Numbered from the stretch's first letter, positions 26,547 to 36,880 are shown. The stretch is 36,880 nucleotides of DNA from Pseudomonadota bacterium (GCA_043821645.1 JBDRCO010000013.1:1-36880), one strand, 5' to 3'. Program-made: numbers and translations. Notes: generated by a model not told the origin, from the letters alone.

Positions 26547-26575
26547 TTGCCCTTCGCCGCGGTCACGCCTATATC
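26547..26575 (+). promoter_or_regulatory. Putative promoter of nuoA-nuoB
   Basis: TTGCCC-N17-TATATC, overlapping TATCAT, ending about 48 nt before ATG 26624. Confidence 0.45.
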
Positions 26576-26623
26576 ATGCGTGGACTGGCGGGCGCGGATC
26601 GCGTCCCGCCCGAGGACAGTGCC

Positions 26624-26980
26624 ATGCTCGCTTCGTACTCCGGTCTCGCCCTGATGGCCCTCATCGGCGTGTTTCTGGCCCTGGTGTTCCTGGCGGGTTC
26701 CATGTTCCTGGGCCCCAAGGACGCGTCGGGCAGCAAGGAAGAGCCCTGGGAGTGCGGCACCGTGTCCGTCGGCAGCGTGCGCCAGCGTTTCAGCGTGCGC
26801 TTTTACATCGTGGCCCTGCTGTTCGTGGTGTTCGACATCGAGGCGGTGTTCCTCTTCCCCTGGGCCGTGCTGTATCGCGAGCTGGGATGGTTCGGCCTGG
26901 CCGAGATGTCGGTCTTCGTCGCCATCCTGCTGGTGGGGCTTGGCTACGTGTGGAAGAAGGGCGCCCTGGAGTGGGAGTGA
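26624..26980 (+). CDS. nuoA: NADH-quinone oxidoreductase subunit A (copy 2)
   Basis: GAGGA RBS. PWECG, FSVRFYIVALLFVVFDIE, YVWKKGALEW. Confidence 0.94.
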   Translation: MLASYSGLALMALIGVFLALVFLAGSMFLGPKDASGSKEEPWECGTVSVGSVRQRFSVRFYIVALLFVVFDIEAVFLFPWAVLYRELGWFGLAEMSVFVAILLVGLGYVWKKGALEWE

Positions 26981-26986
26981 TCCGAG

Positions 26987-27523
<537 letters not shown>

Positions 27524-27563
27524 GCACGCGTTCTCCGCCCCTTCGCCACGAGGCAAAAGTAAC

Positions 27564-27655
27564 GCCAGGGATGCCCTGGCCGCTACCCCACGCGCGACCT
27601 GCGGGCTGATTTCGGTCTGCCGTTTAGCGATCGATGGGATCGACTGGCAGTCGAT
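27564..27655. terminator. Inverted repeats between convergent genes
   Basis: GCCAGGG-ATG-CCCTGGC (27564-27580) and ATCGACTG-G-CAGTCGAT (27639-27655). No clear U-tracts. Confidence 0.35.
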
Positions 27656-27664
27656 AGTGCGGAC

Positions 27665-28747
27665 TCAGTCCGTTGACGCGTTGATCGCGTTGCGCGCCTG
27701 GTCGACGTACTGGGTTTCCTGGGCGCGTTTGCCGACGACGAGCAGATAGTGCTGCAGCATGTCGCCGACGTGACCCTTTTGATCATTGCGCTCGTCGAGC
27801 CGCGTGCGGTTGATGCCGTCCTTGAAGAAGTCCATCCAGTGTTCGGCATTCGTCCCGGCCTCGGCCTGGCCTCGCACGACCTCGTCGGCGATGAGACGCT
27901 CGAGCGATCCCTGGGGTAGGGCATGGGGACCATCGAACAGCTCGTCGTGGGTCAGCGTGGCCGTGCTGTTGCCCGTCTCGCGCTCCTTGCTCTCGGTCTG
28001 GGTCTGGATGTGGTCGAGCAAGCGCTCGGTGGCGGCCGCGATCTCGCCATGGCGCTCGGGGCCCGTGTTGCTCAGCAGCCCTTCCTGTGCTGCGCGGTCG
28101 GTGATGCGTTGCAGGTCCTGGTGCGGCAGGTCGTTGGTCGGGCCCTTGCCCGCCAACCGCAGCTTGAGTTCGCGCACGCCGGCGTCCAGGTTGGCACCGG
28201 TCAGGAATCCCTGCGACGTGTAGTGCTCGGGGCGCAAGGTGTAGCCCAGGCCAAGCCCACCGCTCATCACGTCGCCTCGCGTGGCCTCGCCATACAGGCT
28301 GGTGTGCCCCGAGTAGTTACCGAAGTTGGCAAAGTCGTACACCGCCCGCGCCAGGGGGTCGCGCAGCTCGTCGAGCTCGCCTCTCCAGCGCCTGTCGGTG
28401 ACGATACCGTCGCCGTTGGCGTCGAAAGTGCGCAGCTGGGTCACTGCACCGTCGATGGCAGCGTCGATCCTGGGCTGCCCGGGGTCCGAGCCCCGTCTGT
28501 TGGCTGACAGCAGGCCCAGGGTGTTCAGGCCGCCCTCGACCGGTGGCGTGCTCGAGCGGTCCGTGGCCACGTGGCTTCCTGCCCGGGAGCCGCGGTCCAT
28601 GCCATCGGCCTGGCCCGTCGTCGTGGTCGGGTTGGTGGTGGGATCGGTGACGGCCGAACTGCCTGTCGTGCCCGGGGTGGTGACCTGCGACGTCGTGGCA
28701 GCTGGAATCGTGGTGGCGGCCACGTCAGAACGGCGGCGAATTCCCAT
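27665..28747 (-). CDS. Hypothetical protein with Thr-rich disordered N-terminus and an EF-hand-like loop
   Basis: GAGGTGA RBS. Coding-like codon bias. FDANGDGIVTD motif. No signal peptide. Confidence 0.7.
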   Translation of the reverse strand: MGIRRRSDVAATTIPAATTSQVTTPGTTGSSAVTDPTTNPTTTTGQADGMDRGSRAGSHVATDRSSTPPVEGGLNTLGLLSANRRGSDPGQPRIDAAIDGAVTQLRTFDANGDGIVTDRRWRGELDELRDPLARAVYDFANFGNYSGHTSLYGEATRGDVMSGGLGLGYTLRPEHYTSQGFLTGANLDAGVRELKLRLAGKGPTNDLPHQDLQRITDRAAQEGLLSNTGPERHGEIAAATERLLDHIQTQTESKERETGNSTATLTHDELFDGPHALPQGSLERLIADEVVRGQAEAGTNAEHWMDFFKDGINRTRLDERNDQKGHVGDMLQHYLLVVGKRAQETQYVDQARNAINASTD

Positions 28748-28805
28748 GCTTCACCTCAAACGAAGATTCCTGTGGGGAGCTTTTTTCACGAACGCGCGGA
28801 CCCAC

Positions 28806-29942
28806 TCAGTCGCCCGCCGAGCCCAGCATCTCGGACCCCTCGACGCCGGAGATGTAGGCGTCCAGGATGTTGTAGGCCCACACCGCAGCGGTGGCCCCGA
28901 GCAACACATGGCCGACCACGAACTGGGTCTGGGCCAGCTGGTAGCGGCCCTGCAGGTTCTGCTGGAACTTGTCCGAGCCCGCGGTCAGGTTGTCGTCCTC
29001 GGGCTTGTAGGGCGTGTAGTAAAGCAGGTGCGTGAGCAGGCCTGCGGTCTCGAAGCCGACGCCGCCGAGCAGCAACGCCCCGGTCACACCCGTGAAGACC
29101 CAGCCCTTGGTCGCTTCCTGGTTGTAGTGCTGACCCCAGCCTGGCAGGACGGCGGAACGAAAGGCTGCATCGGCCTTGCTCCGGAGGACCACGGCATTCG
29201 ACGACAGCGCCACCAGGTCGGCGGCCGGCAGGTCGGTCTCGACCACGCTCACCACGGTGGCGGTCTCGGTCTCCAGCATCTTGGCCGTGACCTTGTAGCG
29301 GTCTCCCAGCAGGGCCACCTGGCCCAGGATGAGCACGTCGGCGTTGGCGATCTTGCCCACCTCGGCAGCCTTGGTCTCGTCGGTGACGCCGGTCTGCTGC
29401 AAGGCCATCTCACCGAGCACAGCATTCAGGCGCGCGCGCTCGACCAGGGCCAGGCGATGATCGCGCAGCAGGGTGGTGGCCAGCACGTCGGTGACGACGA
29501 GGCCCAGACCCTTCTCCTTGCTGTCCGCGTCCACGGCCTCGAAGGGCAGCACCGCGAAGCGCAGGTAGCGCGCGTTCTTGCTCAGCTTGCTGGTGTCCGC
29601 CGCGAGCTGGTCACCCATCTTGCGCAGTCGTAGCTCGACATCGCGCGGTTCCGCCTCCGTGGTGCTTGTCTCGGCGCGCTCGGGTGTCGCCGGAGCGGGT
29701 TCCGCAGCCGCCGGGGCTGGCGCGGCAACCACGGGCGCGGGAGTGGAATCCTCCGGAGCGACGAGAGGCGGTGCGTCCTCGATGGGCGTCGCTGCGGGTT
29801 CCGTGGCCTTCGGCTTCTTCTTTGCGGCGGCCTTCTTGGCCGCGGCGACCCAGGACGACGCGCCCGCGACGCATTCCACCGGCAAGGACGCCGGACAGGA
29901 CAGGGCCAGTGTCAGCACCAGCGATTCAATCATCGTGTTCAC
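28806..29942 (-). CDS. Exported CsgG/FlgO/TolB-N-like domain protein with C-terminal DUF5683-like membrane segment
   Basis: AVLPFE...LVERARLNAVLGEMALQQTG...VGKIANADVLILG (CsgG/FlgO-like). FRSAVLPGWGQHYN (DUF5683-like). Pro/Ala linker. Confidence 0.78.
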   Translation of the reverse strand: MNTMIESLVLTLALSCPASLPVECVAGASSWVAAAKKAAAKKKPKATEPAATPIEDAPPLVAPEDSTPAPVVAAPAPAAAEPAPATPERAETSTTEAEPRDVELRLRKMGDQLAADTSKLSKNARYLRFAVLPFEAVDADSKEKGLGLVVTDVLATTLLRDHRLALVERARLNAVLGEMALQQTGVTDETKAAEVGKIANADVLILGQVALLGDRYKVTAKMLETETATVVSVVETDLPAADLVALSSNAVVLRSKADAAFRSAVLPGWGQHYNQEATKGWVFTGVTGALLLGGVGFETAGLLTHLLYYTPYKPEDDNLTAGSDKFQQNLQGRYQLAQTQFVVGHVLLGATAAVWAYNILDAYISGVEGSEMLGSAGD

Positions 29943-30164
29943 CCCACTTGCGATGAGAACCGACTATGAGCCTACAACAGGTTGCCCTGTCAAGCTGGCT
30001 GGCGCGCGCCGAAGGGCTCCACAGTGTGTCCGTTCCGCACTCACAGCTTCACCCCTCTGGACGGGAGGAGTTGTGCGGGCCGGCACGAGCCCGAGGCTTC
30101 TGCGAGGTGGGCGCTGCTCGTGTTGCGTGCTAGTGTCCGCCCATTCATCGAGGGGACGCGAATC

Positions 30165-33100
30165 ATGAAACGCACGTCGTTGTTGCTCCAGGCGCTCGTC
30201 TGCTCTCTGGTCCTTACCCTGGCAGCCTGTCAGGACTACTTACCTGCCAATCCCTACGACCCCAATGCGCGCCCGGACGAACAAAAGCGAGGCGAGATCC
30301 TGGGCACCCTCGAATTCGACCTGCGCGCCGGTATGTCCGAAATCCTGCGTGGCATCCGCGTTGGCGTCCTGGGCAACACCGGCGGAGAGGTCGCGACCGT
30401 GTGCAGCGAGGCCGCCACACCCGATGTCGAGGTGACCTGCGTCGATCTGGACAGGCAGGTACGCTTCCGTTTCGGGGAGCTGCCCACTGACGAGTATATC
30501 CTGACTGTCGACGGGGTACCGCCTGACTACCTTCCGGCCTCCGTCCCTCGCGTGACGCTTGCTCCTGGCGAAGTCCAGGACCTTGGTGTGTTGCGCTACC
30601 GGGCCTTCGACATCCCATCGGGGACCCAGGAGCACTGGACTGGCCGGGTGCTCGGGCAGGCCCAGCTCGCGGACGGTGAGGGGGGCGCCGCGCGGGTCCG
30701 ACTCTATGTGCGGTCCAGCACCGGCCTCGGCCTTTATGACGAGACCCTCGCCGACGAGGCGGGTGCCTTTGGCTTCGACGGCATTCCCCCCGGAACTTTC
30801 GCCGTGGCCGCCGACCTGGACGGCTACACGCCGGACTACAGGGCTGGTTTCGAGATCCAGGGACCGTCGGTCGCGGTGGAACAGAACACGCAGTCCTTCA
30901 CGGGTAGCCAGTCCCTGATCCTGTACCCCGTGACCGCGGTGCTCATTCCTGCGCTGCAGCAAACCTTGGGGCACTACTACACGCGCGAGAACAGCGCGCC
31001 GGTGCAGGTGCTGCAGTTCGGCGGCATGAACCAGATGCGGCTGGCCGCGGAGCCCACCTTCGCCAGCGGAACCCAAACCTGGCTGGACTACAGCGCATCG
31101 ACGGATGTGGCCTTGCCGGACCGAGAGGGAACCCTCGAGATCTACGCGCAGTTCAGGAATACCCAGGTCCCGGGCTTCACCTTTCTTTCGCGCAGCTTCT
31201 CGACGCAGGTGGTTCGCGACATCACAGCTCCCGAAGTCCTCGCCGCGCGGGTGCGCGGTCGCAACCCGGGGGCGCTGGGGAGAGTCTGGCTCGACCAGGA
31301 CGGGGCGCTGCTCAGTGTCGAGATCGACGGTCAGGACACCGTGAGCGCGGTCTACGGCATGGTGCTTTTCCACGACGCCCAGAACAGCGCGGGCGATCCA
31401 CTGGCCCTGAGCTTTGCCCTGGGTGAGTCTCCACCGGGGTTGGTGCGCCTGGACGAGGAACTCGGACTGACCTCGGGCGAGGGCGAGAAGAAGATCTTCG
31501 CATACCTCAAGGATCGAGCGGGCAACGTGGGTGCGCCGGGCGAGGTGGATGTCTGGGTCGATACCACGGCACCGGTGATCGCGGGCCTGGTGCTGGAAGG
31601 TGGTGTCGGCGTGACTGCCGACGCGGAGATCTCGGTGGCGTTGCAGGCCTCGGATGCGAACGGCCTCGTCAGCATGCAGGTGTGGGAAGAGGGCCAGGCT
31701 GTACCGTCGCCGGTCGCGTTCAACGTGAGTTCGACCTTGATCCTGCAGCCACTGGACTACGCGAATGGCAGTCGCCAGGTCAACGCGGTGGTGTTCGACG
31801 TGGCCGGCAATGCCTCGCTGGCGGCCTCGCAGACCATCCTCTTCGATGACCGCGGCAGCATGAGCGGTCTCGTGCAGATCGAGGATGCGGCGAATGGCAG
31901 CGCCGGGGACAGCGCCGGTGTGACGGCGGTGGTCGACGGACAGACCTATCCGGCTCAGTTCACGGCGACCGCGAACCGCGGCGAGTACAGCTTCGTGGTG
32001 GCGACCATCCCGGCGGCGTCCAACCGCCAGCTGGTCCTGCAAAAGGCCGACTACGCCGATGCCCTGGCACGGGCGCCCTTTGCGGTCGTCGCTGGCCGTG
32101 CCACCGACGTGGGCGTGCTGCGGCTGCAACTGGCACGCGGCTCGGTCGAGGGCTTCGCTCTGCTGCAGGGCAAGGACGACCACGCCGGCATCAACGTGAG
32201 CGTGCAAGGCACGAACCTGAGCGCCACCACCAGCGACACAGGTTTCTTCCACATCGACGGCCTCAAGGCCGGGGTGCCCTACATCTTGACCTTCCGGCGC
32301 GACGAAGACTGGACGGTGGAGACCCGGCCCGACGTGGTGGTGCCCGCGGCGACAACCCTGGTCCTGGAGCCGACAGTGGTCCTGGTGCCGCTGGCGGGGA
32401 GCTTTCGCATCGCCGAGGGGGCCTACACGCGTGTCGCTCGGCTGACCCTGCTGATGAGCTACGACGGAGCCACCGAGTATCGGGTCAGCGAGACTCCGGA
32501 CTTCGCCGGGGCCAGCTGGAACAGCTTCTCCAATGCCGTCGGTCCGACGACAGGCTATCCCTTCGACCTCCTGGTCGACGCCACGCATGGAGATGGCCTG
32601 CGCACGATCTGGGTACAGTTTCGCGACCCCGCGCCAGGTACGGGTTTCTTGAGCGATCCCCGCAGTGACGTCATCACCCTGGACAGCCAGGAACCCCAGA
32701 ACCTGTCACTGGCCGTCAACGGTGGCGCAACTTACACCCGCGAGCTGGCGGTGAGCCTGACCTTCGGTGGCACCGATGCCAATCCCATCGAGCAGTACCA
32801 GCTGGCTTACCGCGACTCGACGAGTGCCGGGGATGTCCTGGAATCGGACTGGGAGCAGGCGCGGACCTACACCGGGCAACCCGTCGGAGTGGTGTTGCCC
32901 GGCGCCCTGAGCTTTCGCACCGCGAGGGTGTGGCTCCGCCTGATCGACGCGGCGGGCAACGTGAGCGCGCCGCACCTGGCGAGCATCATCGTAGATCCGG
33001 CGGCGCCGACAGGTGGTCACCTGGTGATCAACAGTGGCGAACAGCTGACCAGCAGCTTCACGGTCACCCTGACGATGACCGCCAGCGATGACAGCGCGAT

Positions 33101-36100
33101 CGAGATGCTCATCGGCAACGACGCGGTGCCCGCCACGGGAGCCTGGCAGGCCTTCTCGGCGAGCACGGCCTGGGTGCTGCCGCCGGCGACCCAGGGTCCC
33201 AAGACCGTGTGCGTGGCCTTTCGCGACGCTGCGGGCAATCGCACCCAGGACTACTGCGACGACATCGAGTACGACAGCGTGGCGCCTCCGGTTCCCGCGG
33301 TGACGACGACAGCCGGGATCTACACCAGCAATCCGACCATCGCTCTGGACTTCACCAATACCAGCGCCGTGGCCACCATCGAGGTGGCGACCAACGCTGC
33401 CTTCGCCAGTGCACGCAGCTATCCCGCCCAGGCACAGGTGCAGTACGACCTGGGCGACCCAGATGGCACCAAGTTCGTGTTCGTGCGCTACCTGGATGCC
33501 GCCGGCAACACCAGCGCCGCCGCGGTGCTGACCATCGTGCTCGATCGCCAGGCACCGGAGGCAGTGTCCTTCGTCATCGCGGACGGCGCGTACACCAAAC
33601 GCCTGCGCACGCCCCTGGAGCTGACGGCCCTGGGCGCCAGCCAGATGAAGATCACGACCAACGCCGATTGCAGCGGTGGCACGTGGGAGAGCTTCGCTGC
33701 CCAGGGCTACGTGGATCTGGTGGCGCCGGACGGTCTCAAGGATGTGAGCGTGCAGTTTCGCGACCAGGCCCAGAATCCGACGGGTTGCCTGCACAGGACC
33801 ACGACTCTGGACAGGCAAGCGCCGGTTCTGCAACCGACGCCCGTGACCTTGAGCGACGTCAAGGTCACCGTGACAGGCGGCAGCGTGATCAGCAGCATCA
33901 CCGTGCGGCTCGATCTCGACGTCGAGGTGGCCGACGCCTACGAGATGAAGCTGAGCAACCAGGACGGTCTACCCGACGCGTCCTGGGAGCCGTTCCGCGC
34001 TTATGTGACGGACTGGCCGGTGAGCCCCACCGAGGGCAGCAAGACCGTCTACGCGATGCTTCGCGATAGGGCGGGCAACACCACGACGCAGTTCTCGGGA
34101 TCGCTGTTCGTCCGCACCAAGGGCGACATCACGGGGACGGTCACGCAGGAGAGCAGCTCGGATACCACGGGTTTGTCCTTCTACCTGGACGGCAACCCGG
34201 TGACGCCGACCTTCAGTGGCAATCGATTCACCATCGCGGATGTGCTGGTCAAGTTCTACTCCTCCCTGCTGCTGCAGAAGGTGGGCTACGACAGCAGGAG
34301 CGTGACCGGCATCCAGGTGCAGCCCGCATCGGCTGTCGATGTGGGGAGCGTGTCCCTGCTGCTGTCCCGGGGCAACATCGAGGGCTACGCCAAGCTGGCG
34401 GACATGAGCACGCACGAGAACATCTTCGTCGAGGTGCTCAACACCGGCTACAACGCGCGCACCAACTCCGAGGGCTACTTCTACATCGAGAAGGTGCTCG
34501 TGGGCACCTACGACCTGCGCGCCGGAAAGGACGGTTACTCGTCGCAGAGCGCAACGGGCCTCGTCGTCACCACCGGTGCCACCACCCCGGCCTCCACCAA
34601 TCTCCTGCCCCTGCTCCTGCCCGTGCTGTCCGGCGATTTCAGCATCAACAACAATGCTGCCTATACCAGCGGCACCACGGTGCACCTCAACCTGAGCCAG
34701 GCCGGGGCGACGCAGTACCGTGTCAGCGAGAGCCTGTCGCTGTTCAGTGATCCCGACACGGGATGGGTGGGCTATCCGGGGGATGGCGACTACGACTTCA
34801 CCCTGGAGACGACGGACCAGGGGACGCACACGATCTATGTGCAGTTCAAGGTCGGCGGCACCGCCACTGAGGTCTATGAATCCAGCATCATCCTGGATAC
34901 CACCGCGCCGGCTCGGGGCAGCATCGAGCTCGCAGGAGGCGCCACGGCCGTCAACGTCCTGGCGGTGAGCGTGACCGTCGGCTCCAGCGACACCAACGGC
35001 ATCTCGAAGATGGCCTTCAGCACGAATGGCAGCACCTTCGCGCCGCCCGTCACTTTCCAGAATCCCTACACCTACACCTTCACGGGAGGGGAGGGCACCA
35101 AGCGCCTGTACGTGCAGTACATCGATCCGGCCGGCAATCGCTCGTCCCTGCCCGCGGTCAGCGACGACATCCTGTACGACGTCACTCTGCCCACCGGAAG
35201 CATCGTCATCGTCAATGCCTCGGGGATCGCCTACCCCGGCAACACCACTCGAAGCAACGCCGTCTACGTCCGTGTGGCCTCGACCGATGGCCTGGAGATG
35301 AAGCTCTCGAACTCGAGCGGCTTTCCCGGCGTGACCTGGCGACCCTACGACGGCAGCCTCATCCCCTGGAACCTCGATGGAGGCGACGGGCCCCGTGCCG
35401 TGTACGTGGCGCTCAAGGACAGGGCAGGCAACGTGGCGCAGGGTACCGCGGGGCTTGACGCCTCGATCACGGTCGACAGCACCGCCCCGGTGGCGCCGGT
35501 GTTCAACATCACCCAGGGGGCCTACACGGGTGGTCGCACCATCCAGCTCAATTTCAGCAACTCGAATCAGGCGGCGACAGTTCATTTTGCCAGCAACCGT
35601 GAACTCGGCGTGGTGCAAGAGGAGACCGCGGCGACCTCACTGACCTTCGACCTGCCCGATGTGGACGGGCTGCACTTGCTCACGCTGACCTACCTCGATG
35701 TGGCGGGCAACGAGAGTCAGCCCTCGAGCGCCAGCATCACGCTGGATCGCGATTTCCCGAAGGTGCTCGGCTTCTCGGTCGAGGGCACGGGCTACACCAA
35801 GGCGGCAAGCGTGACGCTGCTGCTCGAGGCCTCGGGTGCCAGCGAAATGCGCTTCAGCAACACGACCAGCTTCAGCTCAGCGTGGGAGCCCTACCAGTCA
35901 CGGCGACAAGCCTGGTCCATCAACACCACGGGTCAGGGTCCCAAGAGCATCTACGTGCAGGTGCGGGATCTGGCTCTCAACGAGACCGCAGGGGCAAGTC
36001 CGGCGACGGTCACCTATGACACCTTGCCTCCGGCGGGCACGCTGGTGCTGGCCGGTGGTCAGGCGGTGGTGAATACCCCGTCGATCGTGGTCGAGGTGAC

Positions 36101-36880
36101 GGGTGCATCGTCCGACACCACAGGTATCGCTGTCGGGGACGCGGCCCTGGACTGTGAGAGCACAGCCTACCTGGGCTTCGTGCCGCGGCTCGACTACACG
36201 CTGCCAGTGGCCAACGGGCCGAACACGGTGAAGGTGTGCCTGCGCGATGAGGCCCGCAATACCACGCCACTCAGCGGCCTGGTCAACCATGACGACGTCA
36301 AACCCCAGATTGCGGTGCTGGCCCCCGAGAACACCAACCACGCAGATGGTCGGGTCCCGGTGACGGTGACGGTATCGGGTGAGACCCAGAACGTGAACGT
36401 GACCCTTTCGAGCCCGGCAGCCAGCGCACCCGTCATCTTCACCATCGTGCCCGCGAGCGATCCGACCGGCAACGGCAGCATTTCGCTGACGCCTGCGGCC
36501 GGTGGTGCTCCCGACGGCAGCGTGCTGCTCACGGTGGAAGCGCGCGACCAGGCTGGCAACCTGACCACGGTCAACCGTATCGTGCTGGTGGATCGGGAGA
36601 AGCCGGGCCTCGACGCCCTGGGCTGTGCCAGCTGCATCGACACGGGAAGCGCGCTGCTGAGCACGAGCGCGGCCATCTCCCTGGCGGTCACTGCGAGTGG
36701 GGCCAGCGAGATGCGCATCACCGGCAACGTCACCTCGTCGACGGCGTGGCAGCCCTTTGTCGCTCTCATCGGCGCCACCCTGAGCTCGACCGCCGGCAAC
36801 AAGACCGTGAATGTCGAGCTGCGCGATGCCGTGGGCAACCTGTCGTCGCCCACCCTGCGCACCTTGACCATCAACCTGGA
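30165..36880 (+). CDS. Giant surface lipoprotein (>2230 aa, 3'-truncated by window) with carboxypeptidase-regulatory-like and repeated Ig-like domains
   Basis: GAGGGG RBS. ATG 30165 gives MKRTSLLLQALVCSLVLTLAAC (lipobox). The same frame still reads ...RDAVGNLSSPTLRTLTINL at the right edge. About 14 D-x-AGN-type repeats. Missing from the ORF track because it has no stop in the window. Confidence 0.9.
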   Translation, partial: MKRTSLLLQALVCSLVLTLAACQDYLPANPYDPNARPDEQKRGEILGTLEFDLRAGMSEILRGIRVGVLGNTGGEVATVCSEAATPDVEVTCVDLDRQVRFRFGELPTDEYILTVDGVPPDYLPASVPRVTLAPGEVQDLGVLRYRAFDIPSGTQEHWTGRVLGQAQLADGEGGAARVRLYVRSSTGLGLYDETLADEAGAFGFDGIPPGTFAVAADLDGYTPDYRAGFEIQGPSVAVEQNTQSFTGSQSLILYPVTAVLIPALQQTLGHYYTRENSAPVQVLQFGGMNQMRLAAEPTFASGTQTWLDYSASTDVALPDREGTLEIYAQFRNTQVPGFTFLSRSFSTQVVRDITAPEVLAARVRGRNPGALGRVWLDQDGALLSVEIDGQDTVSAVYGMVLFHDAQNSAGDPLALSFALGESPPGLVRLDEELGLTSGEGEKKIFAYLKDRAGNVGAPGEVDVWVDTTAPVIAGLVLEGGVGVTADAEISVALQASDANGLVSMQVWEEGQAVPSPVAFNVSSTLILQPLDYANGSRQVNAVVFDVAGNASLAASQTILFDDRGSMSGLVQIEDAANGSAGDSAGVTAVVDGQTYPAQFTATANRGEYSFVVATIPAASNRQLVLQKADYADALARAPFAVVAGRATDVGVLRLQLARGSVEGFALLQGKDDHAGINVSVQGTNLSATTSDTGFFHIDGLKAGVPYILTFRRDEDWTVETRPDVVVPAATTLVLEPTVVLVPLAGSFRIAEGAYTRVARLTLLMSYDGATEYRVSETPDFAGASWNSFSNAVGPTTGYPFDLLVDATHGDGLRTIWVQFRDPAPGTGFLSDPRSDVITLDSQEPQNLSLAVNGGATYTRELAVSLTFGGTDANPIEQYQLAYRDSTSAGDVLESDWEQARTYTGQPVGVVLPGALSFRTARVWLRLIDAAGNVSAPHLASIIVDPAAPTGGHLVINSGEQLTSSFTVTLTMTASDDSAIEMLIGNDAVPATGAWQAFSASTAWVLPPATQGPKTVCVAFRDAAGNRTQDYCDDIEYDSVAPPVPAVTTTAGIYTSNPTIALDFTNTSAVATIEVATNAAFASARSYPAQAQVQYDLGDPDGTKFVFVRYLDAAGNTSAAAVLTIVLDRQAPEAVSFVIADGAYTKRLRTPLELTALGASQMKITTNADCSGGTWESFAAQGYVDLVAPDGLKDVSVQFRDQAQNPTGCLHRTTTLDRQAPVLQPTPVTLSDVKVTVTGGSVISSITVRLDLDVEVADAYEMKLSNQDGLPDASWEPFRAYVTDWPVSPTEGSKTVYAMLRDRAGNTTTQFSGSLFVRTKGDITGTVTQESSSDTTGLSFYLDGNPVTPTFSGNRFTIADVLVKFYSSLLLQKVGYDSRSVTGIQVQPASAVDVGSVSLLLSRGNIEGYAKLADMSTHENIFVEVLNTGYNARTNSEGYFYIEKVLVGTYDLRAGKDGYSSQSATGLVVTTGATTPASTNLLPLLLPVLSGDFSINNNAAYTSGTTVHLNLSQAGATQYRVSESLSLFSDPDTGWVGYPGDGDYDFTLETTDQGTHTIYVQFKVGGTATEVYESSIILDTTAPARGSIELAGGATAVNVLAVSVTVGSSDTNGISKMAFSTNGSTFAPPVTFQNPYTYTFTGGEGTKRLYVQYIDPAGNRSSLPAVSDDILYDVTLPTGSIVIVNASGIAYPGNTTRSNAVYVRVASTDGLEMKLSNSSGFPGVTWRPYDGSLIPWNLDGGDGPRAVYVALKDRAGNVAQGTAGLDASITVDSTAPVAPVFNITQGAYTGGRTIQLNFSNSNQAATVHFASNRELGVVQEETAATSLTFDLPDVDGLHLLTLTYLDVAGNESQPSSASITLDRDFPKVLGFSVEGTGYTKAASVTLLLEASGASEMRFSNTTSFSSAWEPYQSRRQAWSINTTGQGPKSIYVQVRDLALNETAGASPATVTYDTLPPAGTLVLAGGQAVVNTPSIVVEVTGASSDTTGIAVGDAALDCESTAYLGFVPRLDYTLPVANGPNTVKVCLRDEARNTTPLSGLVNHDDVKPQIAVLAPENTNHADGRVPVTVTVSGETQNVNVTLSSPAASAPVIFTIVPASDPTGNGSISLTPAAGGAPDGSVLLTVEARDQAGNLTTVNRIVLVDREKPGLDALGCASCIDTGSALLSTSAAISLAVTASGASEMRITGNVTSSTAWQPFVALIGATLSSTAGNKTVNVELRDAVGNLSSPTLRTLTINL

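Noticed and set aside
30240-36874. Long minus-strand ORFs (782, 375, 549, 226 aa)
   Set aside because: Antisense shadows of the giant plus-strand lipoprotein.

Overview
High-GC bacterial chromosomal segment, most likely Myxococcota-like. This is inferred from a MYXO-CTERM-type tail, Cys/Asp-rich repeat surface proteins, many lipoproteins and a sigma54 promoter. Contents: (i) respiratory complex I genes split into three units, nuoA-nuoC-nuoD (-), nuoH-nuoI (-) and a second, divergent nuoA-nuoB (+), interleaved with two GT-C-type membrane glycosyltransferases, a surface S1 protease with nine 48-aa repeats and a small Cys-rich protein; (ii) rpmB-rpmG, an OsmC protein, a HEAT-repeat protein, a POT/MFS transporter and a lipid-anchored tetraheme cytochrome c3 on a long Pro/Ala tether; (iii) several secreted or lipoprotein genes, including a >2200-aa surface lipoprotein that runs off the right edge and is absent from the supplied ORF track; (iv) a ~1.2-kb mosaic of gene fragments (PrdB/GrdB-like, YceI-like, Lgt-like). 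The most notable item is NuoC fused to a C-terminal flavodoxin-like domain. I saw no CRISPR array, tRNA, rRNA, transposase or integrase. All family assignments are by motif recognition only; no database searches were run.
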